Source of the DNA: Octopus vulgaris
Lineage: Eukaryota
Length of the DNA: 64,000 nt
Direction of reading: 5' to 3'
Assembly (NCBI GenBank): GCA_951406725.2
Contig: OX597818.1
Coordinates: forward strand, 34,348,001 to 34,412,000
A program made the translations under genes and the position numbers. Below the pieces are notes generated by a model. The model was not told the origin of the DNA, made no database searches, and worked only from the letters and a program-made list of their open reading frames with translations. This document shows, piece after piece, positions 1 through 15,109 of the stretch (position 1 is the first letter of the stretch; every line of letters begins with the position of its first letter).

Positions 1-429
1 TGTATGTATGTATGTATGTATGTATGTATGTATGTATGTATGTATGTATAAATTTAGATATATTTCGACCAAAATTGACGAAGTCCATATCTAATTTAAT
101 GGCACCTTCTGACTGATCTTTTTCGGGATAATATTACATAGATCTAGACCCTTTACAATGTACTAATGTGTTATGAGTCTGAACTGTGTGGGAGACCTAA
201 GGTTTGGTGTCCCAGCCTAGGATGAATTGCCAACTTGATGCTTATGTCGTTCGAACAATGCTGGTGCCATATTCTCCAAACTATGCTAATGATATAGCGC
301 ACAGGACGGCGTTGGAAAGAATAAAGTTTCACTCTCATAAAGCGGTGCCAATTACCACAATTAATCATGTTTTATGTGTGTGTCTAAGTGTACTTGCTCC
401 CTGGGATGTCTCAATTCTCGGGAGTTGAA

Positions 430-697
<268 letters not shown>

Positions 698-985
698 TGT
701 ACATTTAAACACATAAGAGATGGCCTTAACAGGACATCTGACTCGCTAGAAAGAGTAGTTAAACTACAAACCACTATTAGGGGTAATTTCGAAAGGGAAT
801 GAAAGATAAAAATATTTACCCTATATTTCCTGGACTATGCATAGCTTCAAACAATCTTTTGTAAATAAAATAATCTGGAATTTTATATGAATAATATATA
901 GTCCATTGACTAGTTTTTTTTCTTCTCGCTTGACCACTTGTAGCAAAAAAGTTTTCTAAATTTTCTTTTGCTACCCTGAGATTTA

Positions 986-1036
<51 letters not shown>

Positions 1037-2883
1037 TCACACAATAATTTATCAAAAGCATTAAACAGTAATACCTAGATTATAGATTAGACTGACTCTC
1101 CAATCTAGGTCAGTCCCCCCAAAACATATTTATGATGAAAGTTGTTCTTACTATGACCATCCATCTTGTTTTGTTTCATTTTTCGGGCTCCTTTTTTAAA
1201 AAAACGTTTAGCGTGCGTGCAATCTGATAAAGATTTGCTTGCTATTTGCAGCTAGTCGTGTGACCTCTTAGAGCAGGCATGGCCAACTCGAATTACACTG
1301 AGGGCCACTTTAATCACAGAAAGGTTTTTGAGGGTCGCTTGTATACTTTATGCACAAATAGTCAAATGCATTAATAGTCAAATATCTTTTCTCGAGTCAC
1401 CCAAACAACAAAGTTAAATCCAATGAGGTGCAAAGCAATAGACGACTCGTTTTTGACAGTTCCACAGTCACAAGAAAGGATGTTGGCCAAATCTAATGTA
1501 GAACCATTTAATACATTCCCAACCGCTCCAAGTAGACCCCGAGTGCCTTGACAAATCTCAGCGGGTCTACCTTCATGTTCACAAGTACCAGATAATATCA
1601 CGACAGTTTTTCTCTGATGACATTTTTTCCAGAAATGTTAGCACATGAAGAAATGAGTCACATCCATTGGATCGTAGGAGACGAAGAACGGAGATGGTTA
1701 ATTTTGTAATAGTATATCTAGAGAAGAATGTCAATTTGGTGGGTCTAATATATTTGGCAGGTCAACTCTGCTTTTCATTCCTTTCGGGGTCGGAAAAAAA
1801 GCCCCATTAGAGCACTGGGGATGGTGTAATCGACTTAACCTCTCTGTCGAAATTACTGACCTTGTACCAAAGTCTGAACCAATAATTTAATCCTTTGTTA
1901 TGCATTAACAACATCTGAGTTCAAAATACTTTTGATCATATGTCTACGTACTTGATCAGAAATAACTTGGGGTTAAATAACAACAACAATTATCATTATC
2001 CCAGTTTCTCTCGCAATGACTGGAATCTTGCTTATTCAACCTCAATGATCGCTGTTTTTTCTACTGTGTATGTTGAAGTTTTATCTCCATTAATTGGTAA
2101 TTATTCTCATCATCACACGTAAATACGTTTGAGTATCTGCGTGTGTACTTGTGTGCACACGGTAAGGTAGAGGTGGGCTTCCTGCAAATGACATGAATCT
2201 CTGGCAAATATTCGTTTGTTCTATAACTATGGTTTTCTCCCGTAGTCAACAATAGCCAAATCCTAGTCACATGTAATGACGACGCCTTCAGTAGTCCTCA
2301 GACGAGATTCGAAATGGTGCAGAACTCATATATGTGAGTTTGGGTATTTATGTGAGTTTACGCGCATGTGTAATAGGAACGTGTGTAATGTGTGCTTTTG
2401 TGTGTGGTATTGTGTATGCGTTGTGTGTACATGTTGTGTGAGTACATGAACGTATATGTGTGCAAGCAAAACCGAATGATAAAGCAGTTCACTTCGCGAT
2501 CAAGATGTCACGAACTTGATCCCATAGTTCAACATCCTCGACAAGTATCTCTCTATTGTAGGCCCATGCCAGTGGGGTAGCTAGGATGTGCGTCACCCGG
2601 AGTAGACCTTGAGTTTGTCGCCCTTTGCAGATTTGTAGAGCAGACGCAAAAGTGCTGTCCCCATAAAAGCTCGTACGAGGCAGACCTCCCACAGTGTAGC
2701 TACGCCGCTGCCCTGTACTGATAGAATCCTTTTGATTGAAATTGGGTTAATGGAAACTGTGTAGAAACTCGTTGTATTGCCTGTACTTATGATTTGAAGT
2801 TCCAAGCATTGTCACACAATGTTACACTGATTCCGTCGAAGTACCGTTAAAGAAGACACATGTCTGCAGAATATTTATCCACT

Positions 2884-3110
2884 GGCAGAAACGTTAGCGA
2901 ACTGACAGAAACGTTAGCACGCCAGGCGAAATGCTTAGCAATATTTCGTCTGAGTTCAAATTTCGCCGAGGTTGACTTAGCCTTTCATCCTTTCGGGGTC
3001 GATAAATTAAGTACCAGTTACGCACTGGGGTCGATGTAATCGACTTAATCCCTTTGTCTGTCCTTGTTTGTCCCCTCTATGTTTAGCCCCTTGTGGGCAA
3101 TAAAGAAATA
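2884..3110 (+). mobile_element. SINE family A (other copies near 3934, 7976, 8270-, 14148, 20360-, 24100-, 31273, 35960, 43017, 44637-, 50236-, 50735)
   Basis: tRNA-like head TGGCAGAAACGTTAG / GAGTTCAAAT; TSD agaata(t/c)ttatccact. Confidence 0.9.
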
Positions 3111-4646
3111 AGAATACTTATCCACTTAAATACTAACTAAAGAATTGAATAACTCAGTTGACAGAACAACCAGAATACTCAACGTCGAAGCAGATAGAGA
3201 ATTCCTTTACCACCTCCCTATTTTTTTTTTTACATATATTCGTTGCTTTTGAGAGTTCCAACTTTTTCCTTAAACACATCCCCTTTTTATCTTCCCCTTA
3301 ATTTTACCCCTTAAATACCTTAATATATAATTTACAACATGTACACTTTTTTGGTGTAGCTGTTGTCTTCGGCTTTGCTTTGTATGATGCGCCATTTTAC
3401 TGAATGTCATTATGCCAAATAGATACAACAATCTGTCTTAATTACCATCTTACTGACACTGTAATGATATGCAAACACCGAACATCATACGTTGTACTCA
3501 CGAATATCTATGCATTAGTATATTTTTACATGTACGTATACTTTTATGCATGTATTTCTTATACAAATGTACAGGTGTACATTATGTATATATTTACGTA
3601 TGTGTTAGTGTGGGTAGACGGGGAAGGAATTAATACATTTCTATACATATATGCATGTTTTCTGAATGCATGAACAAACAAGTCTGCACATGCCTTAATA
3701 TAATATACTCCTTAAAGATCAATTCAGAATCTTCTAATCGCGGTTTGTGTCCACCTAACATAAATGGAAAACGAAAAGGAGAATGAATGTATTGTAAAGA
3801 ATATATGTTCAAAACCACACAGGTATAATACTTTATTTAATTTTTTTTTTAAATTATAAATGTCTGGTTTTATTCTCTTGTGAATCTTTTAATTCGAAAT
3901 ATTTACCTTTGTCGACATTGTCCTGCAGACGAAGGCGACGAGCTGGTAGAATCGTTAGCACGCCGAGCAAAATGTTAAGCGGTATTTCGTCTGCGTTACG
4001 TTGTGAGTTCAAATTCCGCCGAGGTCGACTTTGCCTTTCATCCTTTCGGGGTCGATAAATTAAGTACCAGTTACGCACTGGGGTCGATGTAATCGACTTA
4101 ATACCTATGTCTGTCCTTGTTTGTCCCCTCTATGTTTAGCCCCTTGTGGGTAATAAAGAAATAGGTATTTCGCCCAGCTTTTCGTTCTGGGTTCAAATTC
4201 CGCCGAGGTTCTACTTTGCCTTACATCCATTCGGGGTCGATGAAATAAGTATCAGTTGAGCAGTGGACTCGATGTAATCTACTTACTTCTTCCCCGAAAT
4301 CGCTGACCCTGCGCCAAAATTGGAAACCAATACAGTTCCGAGTTGGTAGAATCTTTAAAGTATTGGACAAAATGCTTTGCAACATTTAGTTATATTCCCT
4401 TTTAAGTTCAACTCCCACTGAAATCAGCTTTGTTCTTAGCCTTTTCGGAATGGATAAAACAAGATGCCAGAAAATAATGGAATAGAACTAACTGACAAAA
4501 CTCTTCCCAAACATTTTATGGCTTTGTGTATATATTAGACACCAACGCTGCTTTGGTAACGATAGTCATGGAATCGCAAAAGCGTGAGTGACGGACAAAA
4601 TACCTTGCACCTTATAGTTATGTACCCAATGTTTTTCTGATATTTA

Positions 4647-4708
<62 letters not shown>

Positions 4709-5682
4709 CTGTCTATCTATCTATCAATCTATCTTTTTTTATGCAAGGATTTTAATAGCCAGAGACAAAATATCTACAACTTTGGACTGAAACTGCCAGT
4801 CTCAAATTACAGTGTTCACAGTATCCTAATATTGGTTTTACTACTTTTACTATTGGCCCCAGAGAATGAAGTTTTTGTCTTACTTTTTTTGCTATCGCGG
4901 ATTCTCATGACTCTCAGTCGCCATCCAATTCCATTATTATGAATTTGAATTGAGAGCTTGAGTCACAGTGAATTTTTTCATTAGCTGATTACACAACTAC
5001 GGACGCCAACCCTATGATGAGTTACTGTTAGATCTTGGTCATCTTAACCATTGCTCTTCTGGGATTCTCCGCTCAGTATCAATGTAAGAAACAATGTTGG
5101 CTCAGTTGAGCACTTCCGCTAGCTCTTTACATGACTTCGCAACATCCTTGACAGGTAGACTGAACAGGTGCTATACATTTCCAAAGAGCAAACCGTAACT
5201 ATGCAGGACACTGTCATCAATGTGTGGTATTTTAAAAATACCCGCATACCTAATAAAATTATGACCTTCAGCAATATTTAAACTTAGAAGATGTAGCTAA
5301 ACTAATCTTTTTCAAATAACAATAAACATACTCTGTTGTGTCTGGGGAGAGTCACAACAGAATATGCTTCAACGCACGAACTCATATAAAGAATCTTGCA
5401 AACCAAATCCAAAAACGAAAAATAAACATACTGACAGGTATTTATGTTCAGTTTTTTTTTAGAGTTAAGTAGATGAGAGATAAATGTCTCCCTGTCAATC
5501 GCAAGTAGTTTGATTTTCTCCATACAGGAGTGGCTGTGTGGTAAGTAGCTTGCTTAACAACCACATGGTTCCGGGTTCATTCCCACTGCGTAGCACCTTG
5601 GGCAAGTGTCTTCTACTATAGCTTCGGGCTGAGCAAAGCCTTGTGAGTGGATTTGGTACATGCAAACTGAAAGAAGCCCGTC

Positions 5683-5733
<51 letters not shown>

Positions 5734-5735
<2 letters not shown>

Positions 5736-6610
5736 CTCCTCTCGCTTCCCATCCTATTACGATTGCAACACCTCGAACCCAGCAAGCTGTGTACCAAATC
5801 CGTCACTCTCCCTCTACGTTATGTCTTTCCTAGACTCAGTATTAATCACTGAGACTAATCCTTCTTTCTCTGAGTAAGATCCTTCTGGAATTTTATCCTC
5901 AGGACTTATTCTTTGGAAGCCTAGTACTTATTCTAGCGGTCTCTTTTGCCGAACCGCTAAGTTACGGGGATGTAAACACACCACCATCGGTTGTCAAGCG
6001 ATGTTGGGAGACAAAGAAAGACACACAAACATATACACACACATACATACATACATACATACATACATACATACATACATACATAAATATATACATATAT
6101 ATTTATGTATGTATGTATGTATGTTACGGGGACGTAAACACACCACCATCGGTTGTCAAGCGATGTTGGGAGACAAAGAAAGACACACAAACATATACAC
6201 ACACATACATACATACATACATACATACATACATACATACATACATACTTACATAAATATATACATATATATTTATGTATGTATGTATGTATGTATGTAT
6301 GTGTGTGTATATGTTTGTGTGTCTTTCTTTGTCTCCCAACATCGCTTGACAACCGATGGTGGTGTGTTTACGTCCCCGTAACTTAGCGGTTCGGCAAAAG
6401 AGACCGCTAGAATAAGTACTAGGCTTCCAAAGAATAAGTCCTGAGGATAAAAATTCCAGAAGGATCTTACTCAGAGAAAGAAGGATTAGTCTCAGTGATT
6501 AATACTGAGTCTAGGAAAGACATAACGTAGAGGAAGAGTGACGGATTTGGTACACAGCTTGCTGGGTTCGAGGTGTTGCAATCGTAATAGGATGGGAAGC
6601 GAGAGGAGCT
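5734..6610. repeat. large fold-back duplication with an internal 162-bp tandem duplication
   Basis: 5734-5960 is the reverse complement of about 6384-6610; unit 5961-6122 is repeated from 6123. Confidence 0.9.
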
Positions 6611-7029
6611 AGCACCTCTATTGACCTAAAATTGTGTTGGTGAATGGGTCTTTACTAATCGGTCGGATGGCTTTCAATGGCTTTCTTTAGGATGTGTTCT
6701 AGAATGTTTGTGTGTGTAGTAGATAATTGTAAATGTTGTCTTAGCGTATTTTCATTTAACAGACTCATTAATAATCGAAACCTCTAATTATTAGCTGTTA
6801 CTTACCTAGGATAAATGAAAGAACGATTGACAAATGACAAATTGATATTTCCTTTAGACTTCATTGAACTTCCTTTTCATCGTTGACAGATCGAACAAAC
6901 ATTTAATAGAATATTCAATTACTGTCTTTATAGTTATATACACTAACATTAGTTATTTAACAAGCTGTTGTTGTTGTTGTCGTCGTGGCTACTTAGTCCA
7001 ATGTCGAACCTGACTGAGATAACATATAA

Positions 7030-7084
<55 letters not shown>

Positions 7085-7167
7085 CATATTAAGTGAGAAA
7101 AAGAGAGAAAAACGAAAAATGTGACGAGATGGTCATAGCTGGAATACCTTTATATGTATATATATGT

Positions 7168-7214
<47 letters not shown>

Positions 7215-10189
7215 ATAAGGTCCTCGGGAATTCCCATCTTGGCCACGTTTTTTAATAGTTAGCAACTTGCAATTGTTCATGTGGAGCCTCGACCTCATCG
7301 GTCGAAAAAGGCTTACAAAAGCCTTATTACAGCGGTCCTTCAGCTTTTCTAAGTCCCTTAAAAGAAGTTGGAAAGTTGGATCTCCAACTAGGCCTTTCAC
7401 GAGACCCTTAAAGCCAGGAAATTTTCAGCATCCCCTCGTATGTTTTATCTAATATCCACCATTACATCTCACCAGAAATTTTGAAATTTGTTTCACGATT
7501 ATTTTGAATTGCTTCGAGTTTCTTTTAATTTGTACTTTTTTTCCTGTATTGCCCTCTGCTGAACGAGGTGATTTGAAATACATTACTGCTGCACATGATG
7601 TTAAGAAGACAACAGCCTGTAATTGGATGTCAGTGAAAAATTCAAAACGATGGAACATAGTTATATTGAATTACTTGTTGGGTGTTTAAGCTATTACCCA
7701 CAATCAACGTTGAATAATGTTTGTGGCTGTTTACATTCAGAATGCATGGATTGACTGTGTCTCCAGTAGTTCTCACAAGTCATCTTGATGTAGAAATGAT
7801 TTCACTGAGATAGGTATATTTACTGTTAGAATAACCGTCTAGTATTTCCGAAACATGATTCCTTATAAACTCACGACAGACATTTTGATAACTGATCAGG
7901 AAGTGTTGCCTGTCAAAATTAAACTGTAATTCCTTATTTATAAGATAAAGCCAATGGCATTATTTAATTAGAATAAGGCAGCTGACAGAATTGTTAGCGT
8001 GTCGGACAAAATGCTTAGCGACATTTCTTATGGTTCTTTACGTTCTGATTTCAAATATCGCCGAAGTCTACTTTGCCTTTCATCGTTTCGGATGTCGATA
8101 AAATAAGAAGCAATCGAGTACTGGGCTCGATGTAATCGATTATCCCCCTCCCCTAAAATCAATAACTTTGTTCCAAAATTTGAAGCCATTATTTAATCAA
8201 AATGAACGATTTAATTTAGTCTGAGATTATTTGAATTTGCTTCAAGATAGAATCATTGTTAAAAATCCTTTCTACTATAGGCACACGGCCTGAAATTTTG
8301 GGGAAAGTGTTAAGTCGATTACATTGATCCCAGTACTAAACTGGTACATATTTTATCGATCTCGAAAGGATAAAAGGCAAAGTCAACCTCCGCGGTATTT
8401 GAACTCAGAACATAAAGACGGACGAAATGCCATGAAGCATTTTGCCCGGCGTGCTAACGATTCTGCCAGCTCACCACCTTAATCATTGTTATTAACAAAG
8501 TGACAAGCTGGGTGAATCATTAGCGCGTCGAACAAAATACTTAGCTGCACTTCTTACGTCTATTTGCCTTCCATTCTTTTGGGGTCGATACAATAAGAGC
8601 CAGTCGAACACGGAGAGGGGTCGATGTGATCGATTTTTTTTTATCCACCCCCTTCCATTCTAACCCAAACTTTCAGGAACTGTGCCATAGGAGAAATTAA
8701 TAGGAGCACTCCGTCGGTTACGACGATGAGGGTCTCAGCTGATATGATCAACGGAACAGCTTGCTCGTGAAATTAACGTGCAAGTGACTGAGCAATCCAC
8801 AGACACGCGTACCCCTAACGTAGTTCTCAGGGAAATTCAGCGTGACACAGAGTGTGACAAGGCCGGCCCTTTGAAATACAGGTACAACTCATTTTTGTAA
8901 GCTGAGTAGACTGGAGCAACGTGAAATAAAGTGCCTTGTTCAAGGACACAACGCGTCGCCAAGAATTGAACTCACGACCTTACATTCGCCGAATGCCCTA
9001 ACCACTAAGCCACGCGACTTCACGCGCCTATAGAAATGATAGAAATAGACTAAAACTGAAAATTTTTGAAACAGATACAATTTTAAAGCGGTTTTTAGTA
9101 TCTATGACTTTAATTTAGTGGAGGCGCAATGGCCCAGTGGTTAGGGCAGCAGACTAGAGGTCGGAGGATCGCGATTTCGATTCCCAGACCGAGTGTTGTG
9201 TGCGTTTATTTAGTGAAAGCACCCAAAAGCTCCACGAGGCTCCGGCAGGGGGTGCTGACGACCCCTGTTGTACTCTTTCTTCACAACCTTCTCTCACTTT
9301 CTCTTCCTGTTTCTTGAGTAACGCTGCGATGGACTGGCGTCTCGTCCAGCTGGGGGGGGAGGAACAAATACGCCACAGAAACCGGGAAACCGGGCCCATG
9401 AGCCTGGCTAGGCTTGAAAAGAGCGAAAAAAAATGACCTTAATTTAACCATAAAATCTAGATAAAAAGATATTCCCAGTGTGTATATGAAGTAGTTATAG
9501 GTTTCTTTCAACAGACACAAAGCCTAATATTTATAGCTGTATGTCTGAGGTATTACATCATTCACTCCTCTTACAAGAGATATGAGTGTCGTTTTATTAT
9601 ACTGACTGATGATTAATGACTAATACAAACCTCATGAGCTTCACAGTGAAATGCTGTTTTGCTTTAAATGTTCATTTAATATACGTGTTTAGCGGGTTGT
9701 CGTCAACATATTGCTCATTGATATTAAGTTACAGTGTCGGGACACATACATACATACATACATACATACATACATACATACTCACACACACATACATGCA
9801 TATATATACATACATACACACACATACATACATAGACATATGTGTGTGAGTGAGTGTATGAATGTGTGCGTGTGTTTGAGTATGAATGTATACATATATA
9901 TGTACACCCACACACGCTCACGCATGCGCGCGCACTTACGCACACACACATACGCACCACCCACCCACACACATACATATATACATACATACATACATAC
10001 ATACATACATACATACATACACACATATATACATGCATGCATGCATACATACATGCATGCATACATGCATAAATAGACATGTGTGTGAGTGAGTGTAAGT
10101 GAGTGTGCGTGTGTTTGAGTATGGATGTATACATATGTATGTATACACACACACGCTCACGCATGCGCGCACGCATGCGCGCACAGAGG

Positions 10190-10235
<46 letters not shown>

Positions 10236-11001
10236 CAATGATGATTTATTGTTAAGACATATTTGTAGTGGAAAGAGTAGGGAACGTATCAAAGTATTGC
10301 ATGACTTTCATAGTGTGTTCAAGGACACGAGTTCCTTAGTGAAAGATAACATATTTCAATGGATAGCCCCATAACATTTGAACTTAGCTTCTCACAACGT
10401 TTAACATAAGACTGTAAATGCAGAGGAAGGTAAGAATATATTAATTTATCACGTAACTGTCATAGATTGCTAAACAAGGACATAAGTATCACAGGGAAAG
10501 AGAAACAACTTTGCGAACCTAAATATATTCTCAGATAGTCGAGAGTGCTCTAAACTGGCTTTCTGTCAGTTACGACTACGAGAGGCTCCAGCTGGTCGGA
10601 TCAACTGGCACTTGTCAGTTACGAAAACGAGGGTGCCAGTTGATACGACCAACGGAACATCCTGCACGTGAAATTAACGTGCGAGTGGCTAAGCGCTCCA
10701 CAGACGCACGTATCCTTAATGTAGTTCTGAGGGATATTCAGCGTGACACAGAATGTGACAAAGCTGGCCCTTCGAAATACAGGTGCTACACATTTTTGCC
10801 AGCTGAGTGGACTGAAGCAACGTGAAATAAGTAACTTGCTCAAGAACACAACGCGCCGCTGGGAATCGAACTCACGACCTTGACGAGCGTGGGCCGAATA
10901 CTCTAACCACTATACCATGCGCCTTCTCTAAGAAGTACTCTACAACACTAGCCTGCACGTGGCTTATTTTTAACTGATTGCAAACGCTCTATATCTTAGA
11001 G

Positions 11002-11652
11002 CAGTACTCCGCAACCGGTATATCGCGGCACATTGGTGTACCACGAGATGCAGTGAAACCTGAATATGATTTTTCCCCTATACTTTTAGTTATATTTTTA
11101 GCTCAGGTGTGCTCCCGAATTTTGAAAAGAATATACCGTAAATCCTCGAGCATAATCCGCATTTGTTCCCCAAATACGAGGTTAAAAATGAAAATTATTT
11201 TCTAAGCAATGTCCGAGTCTCTATTTGCTGTCCGGCAATGTTTATTCAGACACATTTTGTGATGTCGGGCACGAAAATACCTTAAGCTAAGCCAGAAAGC
11301 AATAAAGTTATAAAAGAATCATCCATAACTTGCAGTAAGCAACATTTATTAAACGTTATTACTGTTATTTCTTTATTTTCTGCAAACAAAATGCACAAAA
11401 AAGCTACACGTTTGCATTATGTTATATATACAATAATAATAAAGGACGTTACCGTATACATTTTCACAAACCAAGAACGTTATATAGACCTCCTTGACTC
11501 AAGTTAGAGAAGGGGTGCGTATTATACACAAGGTTTAGGTGTTTCAGAGGTACAACCTCCTAAAAATCCCCTGCGTATTATACTCAAGGGCGGGCTATAC
11601 TCGAGGGTTTACGGTAAGTGTACCCCAAGTGGAAAAAGGTTGTGGAGCATTG
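11002..11652. mobile_element. hAT-type MITE (same family as 30183) with a nested insertion
   Basis: Shares both ends with 30183-30333 (cagtactccgcaaccgg... / ...aagtggaaaaaggttgtggagcattg). Confidence 0.65.
11136..11614. mobile_element. Tigger/pogo-like MITE
   Basis: TIRs CCGTAAATCCTCGAG / CTCGAGGGTTTACGG flanked by TA. Confidence 0.75.
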
Positions 11653-12084
11653 TCTTGCAAGAAGGGGATACTGTGTCAAATTTGTGGTTTTATAATAAGA
11701 GGATTGTCGGCGAAGAAAAGTCAACTTAAATCAATGAAAAATAATTAACCAGGTCATTACTTCGATCTATCTATAGTTTTTTTTTTCTTATATTCAAATA
11801 CTCATCCAGTCGTGTTTTGTTTCTTCTAGAAATATTATTCATGTTTTAACTTGGCACAATGGTCCCATGACTTCAATCAGATATTACGATGCTAATGCTG
11901 TACCCACCCCGCTTTAGAATCGTACACGAAACAAAATCACATCAACCGAGAATCGAAATCGGCTGGCAGTGCCAATCTGTCATGAGTTTATCACCATCTC
12001 AGGTATTTATCATCATTATTACTTGAAGTTTAAAAGCCTTGCAAACCTGCACAGCCGCTCTCAACTGACTGACAGATACCGACT

Positions 12085-13600
12085 GGATTTCCCGAACATG
12101 CCAATGTAGACATTGGCAAACAGTACCGAGTTTTCCAGATCGTATCTAGATAGAATATTCTGTAGGCCAGTTGATAGAAGTAGCATAAGTCGTCCACAAT
12201 TCAAAGTCATCGGCTACGCAGACCACAAATTTGTGATCTGTGCTGTCGGCCAGGATAGGATTCATAGGCACAGCCTTGGATATTGGAAGCTGAGCACGTC
12301 TTTCCCTAAGCTTTCATAGACCGGGTTAGAAAGTTAGTCCATCGGAAGTTGTCGAATGAAATCATCAACAATCGATGGTGGATAGCTCTGAAAAGGGCTA
12401 TTAGATTAGAGGCGTAAGGATTTAGTAAAGAATTAGCTTAGAGGAATCTTGGATATAGGGAAACCTAGTTAGGAAACAAGAAGAGGCATTTAGAAGAGGA
12501 ATTGCGACCGATGTGCTGGCGGCAAGATTGTCTCTTGATTACTTCAATGTCAAGCACGAAGGATGTGTTGTTAGAAATAAGGTACGTGCACTAAGACACG
12601 AGAAGATGGAGGCCGTTTGATGGACTGGATAACAGAGGCGAAACAAAGTCATAATTTGGTTTTTGACAGGCCGGAGCAGGCTCTTGCTTCTTATGTGCGG
12701 AATTTCAGCGGCACTTTGCAGAACTGTACGGAACCCGCAGTGGAACGAAACCAGAAATGGATTGCACCTCCTACCTCGACTGCATGCCGTGCCTTTCGGC
12801 CAGGGATGCGGTGTTCTACGAAATGTTGATAACACTCGAAGGCATACGGGGCGCGATGACTTGCTACACAAGGAAGAAGTTTCTGGGGCTGGATGGTCTA
12901 ACTTTCGAGCTTTATCTTCATACGCCAGGCTTGTTTGGTGATCTCTTGGTAGATGTCTACCGCAACTGGCAACAGAAGCAGAGAATTTCCTGTGCCGTGA
13001 AAGGACCCAAATAAGAGGAACCCAATAGATAATTTTAGGCAGGTAACTCTGCTAAATGCAGATTACAAGATTTTGGCCAAGGTGTGAACTAGGAGGTTGG
13101 TACTTGTCGATAAAGTGGTCGGTGACGCGCAGACAAGCGCTATCCCAAACAGATCGGCCCATAACAACCTCACTTCACACCTTACACCTTACATAATAGA
13201 GAGGGTTCGGAAAGATCCTGGCATGGGTGGAACTCTGACCAATTTGGACCAATCAAAAGCTTTTGATAGGGTCGACCACTAATACTTGGAAGTTGTCCTC
13301 GCAGCAATCGTTTGCGGTTCCGTTTTCCGAGGCTGGATAGCTGCAATGTGCAGTGACATCTGTTCCGATAAGTGGATGGTCCATAATCGGAATCGTTTAA
13401 CAGTGCACGTTCTGTCCGTCAACACTATCCACTCTCGCCCCTTCTGTACGAGCTGGCTCTCGAGACATTACTGAATATGTGGAGAAGCATCTCGCGGGGA
13501 CTAGGATTCTCTGTCGGCTTATGTTGACGAGGTCACCATTATTGTGTCAGACATATCTGGAAACCGAGGTGATTGGCAGTACCCTAAGGAAATATTGTCG
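12085..13600 (+). mobile_element. decayed L1/Tx1-type non-LTR retrotransposon ORF2 (end of endonuclease plus RT)
   Basis: Motifs SYLDRIF, ADHKFV, GYWKLSTS, GLDGLTFELY, NFRQVTLLNADYKILAK, LDQSKAFDRVDH, AYVDEVT with frameshifts and stops. Confidence 0.85.
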
Positions 13601-15073
13601 AGAAAAGAACAAGTAATGTAATTAATCTAGATTGTTGTACCGAATTGACACTATTAACTGTCATAAGCAAGAAACTATGTAATTTTTTTAACATATTCTG
13701 GCAACATGTAAACCATATCCTGTTGAGTGTTCCTGTTATCGTAAGCAAGTTCTGAATGATAACGCAGAATTCTCAAAGCAATGATATTAAATATCCATAT
13801 ACACATCATGGTTTTCCATAACGAATGTGGAAAAGAAAAATATGAAGTAAGAATTGTGTTAATTAACCGGAACGTGTTGGTGTATGTAGTGAAGGTGCTC
13901 GTGTTGCTAATCTATGTTGAAATACCGAAGTAACTCTACGACCTTATGGGGTATTCTGGCGATTTATTGTGAAACACGTGTCGTCGAAAGCAATATAAGA
14001 CGCGCACAGAAGTTTGTAAAATACGAGGGACGAAGAAAAGCCTTTAGATACGGGAATGTTAGGCTACAGTGGAGTAAGCAAAGCGTAGAGTTGTACCCAA
14101 ATCAATTATATTCTATTTGGCTAATATTAATATTAAGGAGTCTAAAAGCGGCAAGCTGGCAGAAACAGTAATACGCCGGGTAAAATGCTTAGCGGGATTT
14201 CGTCTGTCTTTACGTTCTGAGTTCAGATTCGGCTGATGTCGACTTTGCCTTTCATCCTTTAGGGGTCGATAAAATAAGTACCAGTTGATCACTAGGGTCG
14301 ATGTAATCGACTTGCACCCCCCCCTGCCCCCGAAATTGCGACCCTTGTGCCAAAATTTGAAACCAATATGAAGCAATCTAATTAGTGGTATAATGATTAT
14401 CGAACCACTCAGGAAAATAGAACGCTACCTCATAGTAAAGCTGAAGGAAAAGCAGAAATTACGAACGAACAAATATCTTCGGAAGATATAAATGATAGAT
14501 CAAAGTAGTTTGAGCGTGTTAAAGATAGTTACAGCAACTCTATGGTCTAGACAAAACTGGACATTTTCAAGGAGTATACATACCGACTGGCATCGCTGCG
14601 AGTATACGAAATTACCAAAAATTGTCGAAATTTTTATATTTCCCAGTCAAGATGAAGAATTGCACCTAGAAACTTACCCCTCCCCCCTCCCCAGGAACAA
14701 GTCCGGGCAAGGTTGTTTAAGGAAGACCAGCAGTCGCCCATGCATACCGGCCTTCCCTCTCCACGCCACCGGTATTCTCCAAGGGAAAGGCAAAGGCTTG
14801 GCACCTGTGACCAGATACATGCTGAATATATAAATTCACATAAACATGCACGCATACACGCACACACATATAATATCGGTTTCAAATTTTGGCAATTTCA
14901 AGGGACAATCCTCAACTTGTACTTATTTTGTCGACCCAGAAAGGTTGAAACGCAAAGTCGACCACAGAACGTAAAAACGGACGAAATGCCGCTAAGCATT
15001 ATGCCAGGCGTCCAAACGATTCTGCCAGCTCGCCACTTTACATACATATAATATTAAAATGGAAATAAATAGA

Positions 15074-15106
<33 letters not shown>

Positions 15107-15109
15107 TGT

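Noticed and set aside
825-850. Minus-strand GAAG-CTATGCATAG-TC resembling a hammerhead 3' half between TA tracts
   Set aside because: GAAG instead of GAAA and no CUGANGA found; not supportable.
3854-4078. Recurrent ORF MRNWYLIYRPRKDERQSRPRRNLNSER
   Set aside because: Antisense reading of SINE family A; the recurrence reflects copy number.
9120-9195. tRNA-like heads of SINEs (9120, 15110, 17092, 30381)
   Set aside because: No complete acceptor stem and they continue into SINE bodies; only 51966-52037 is a true tRNA.
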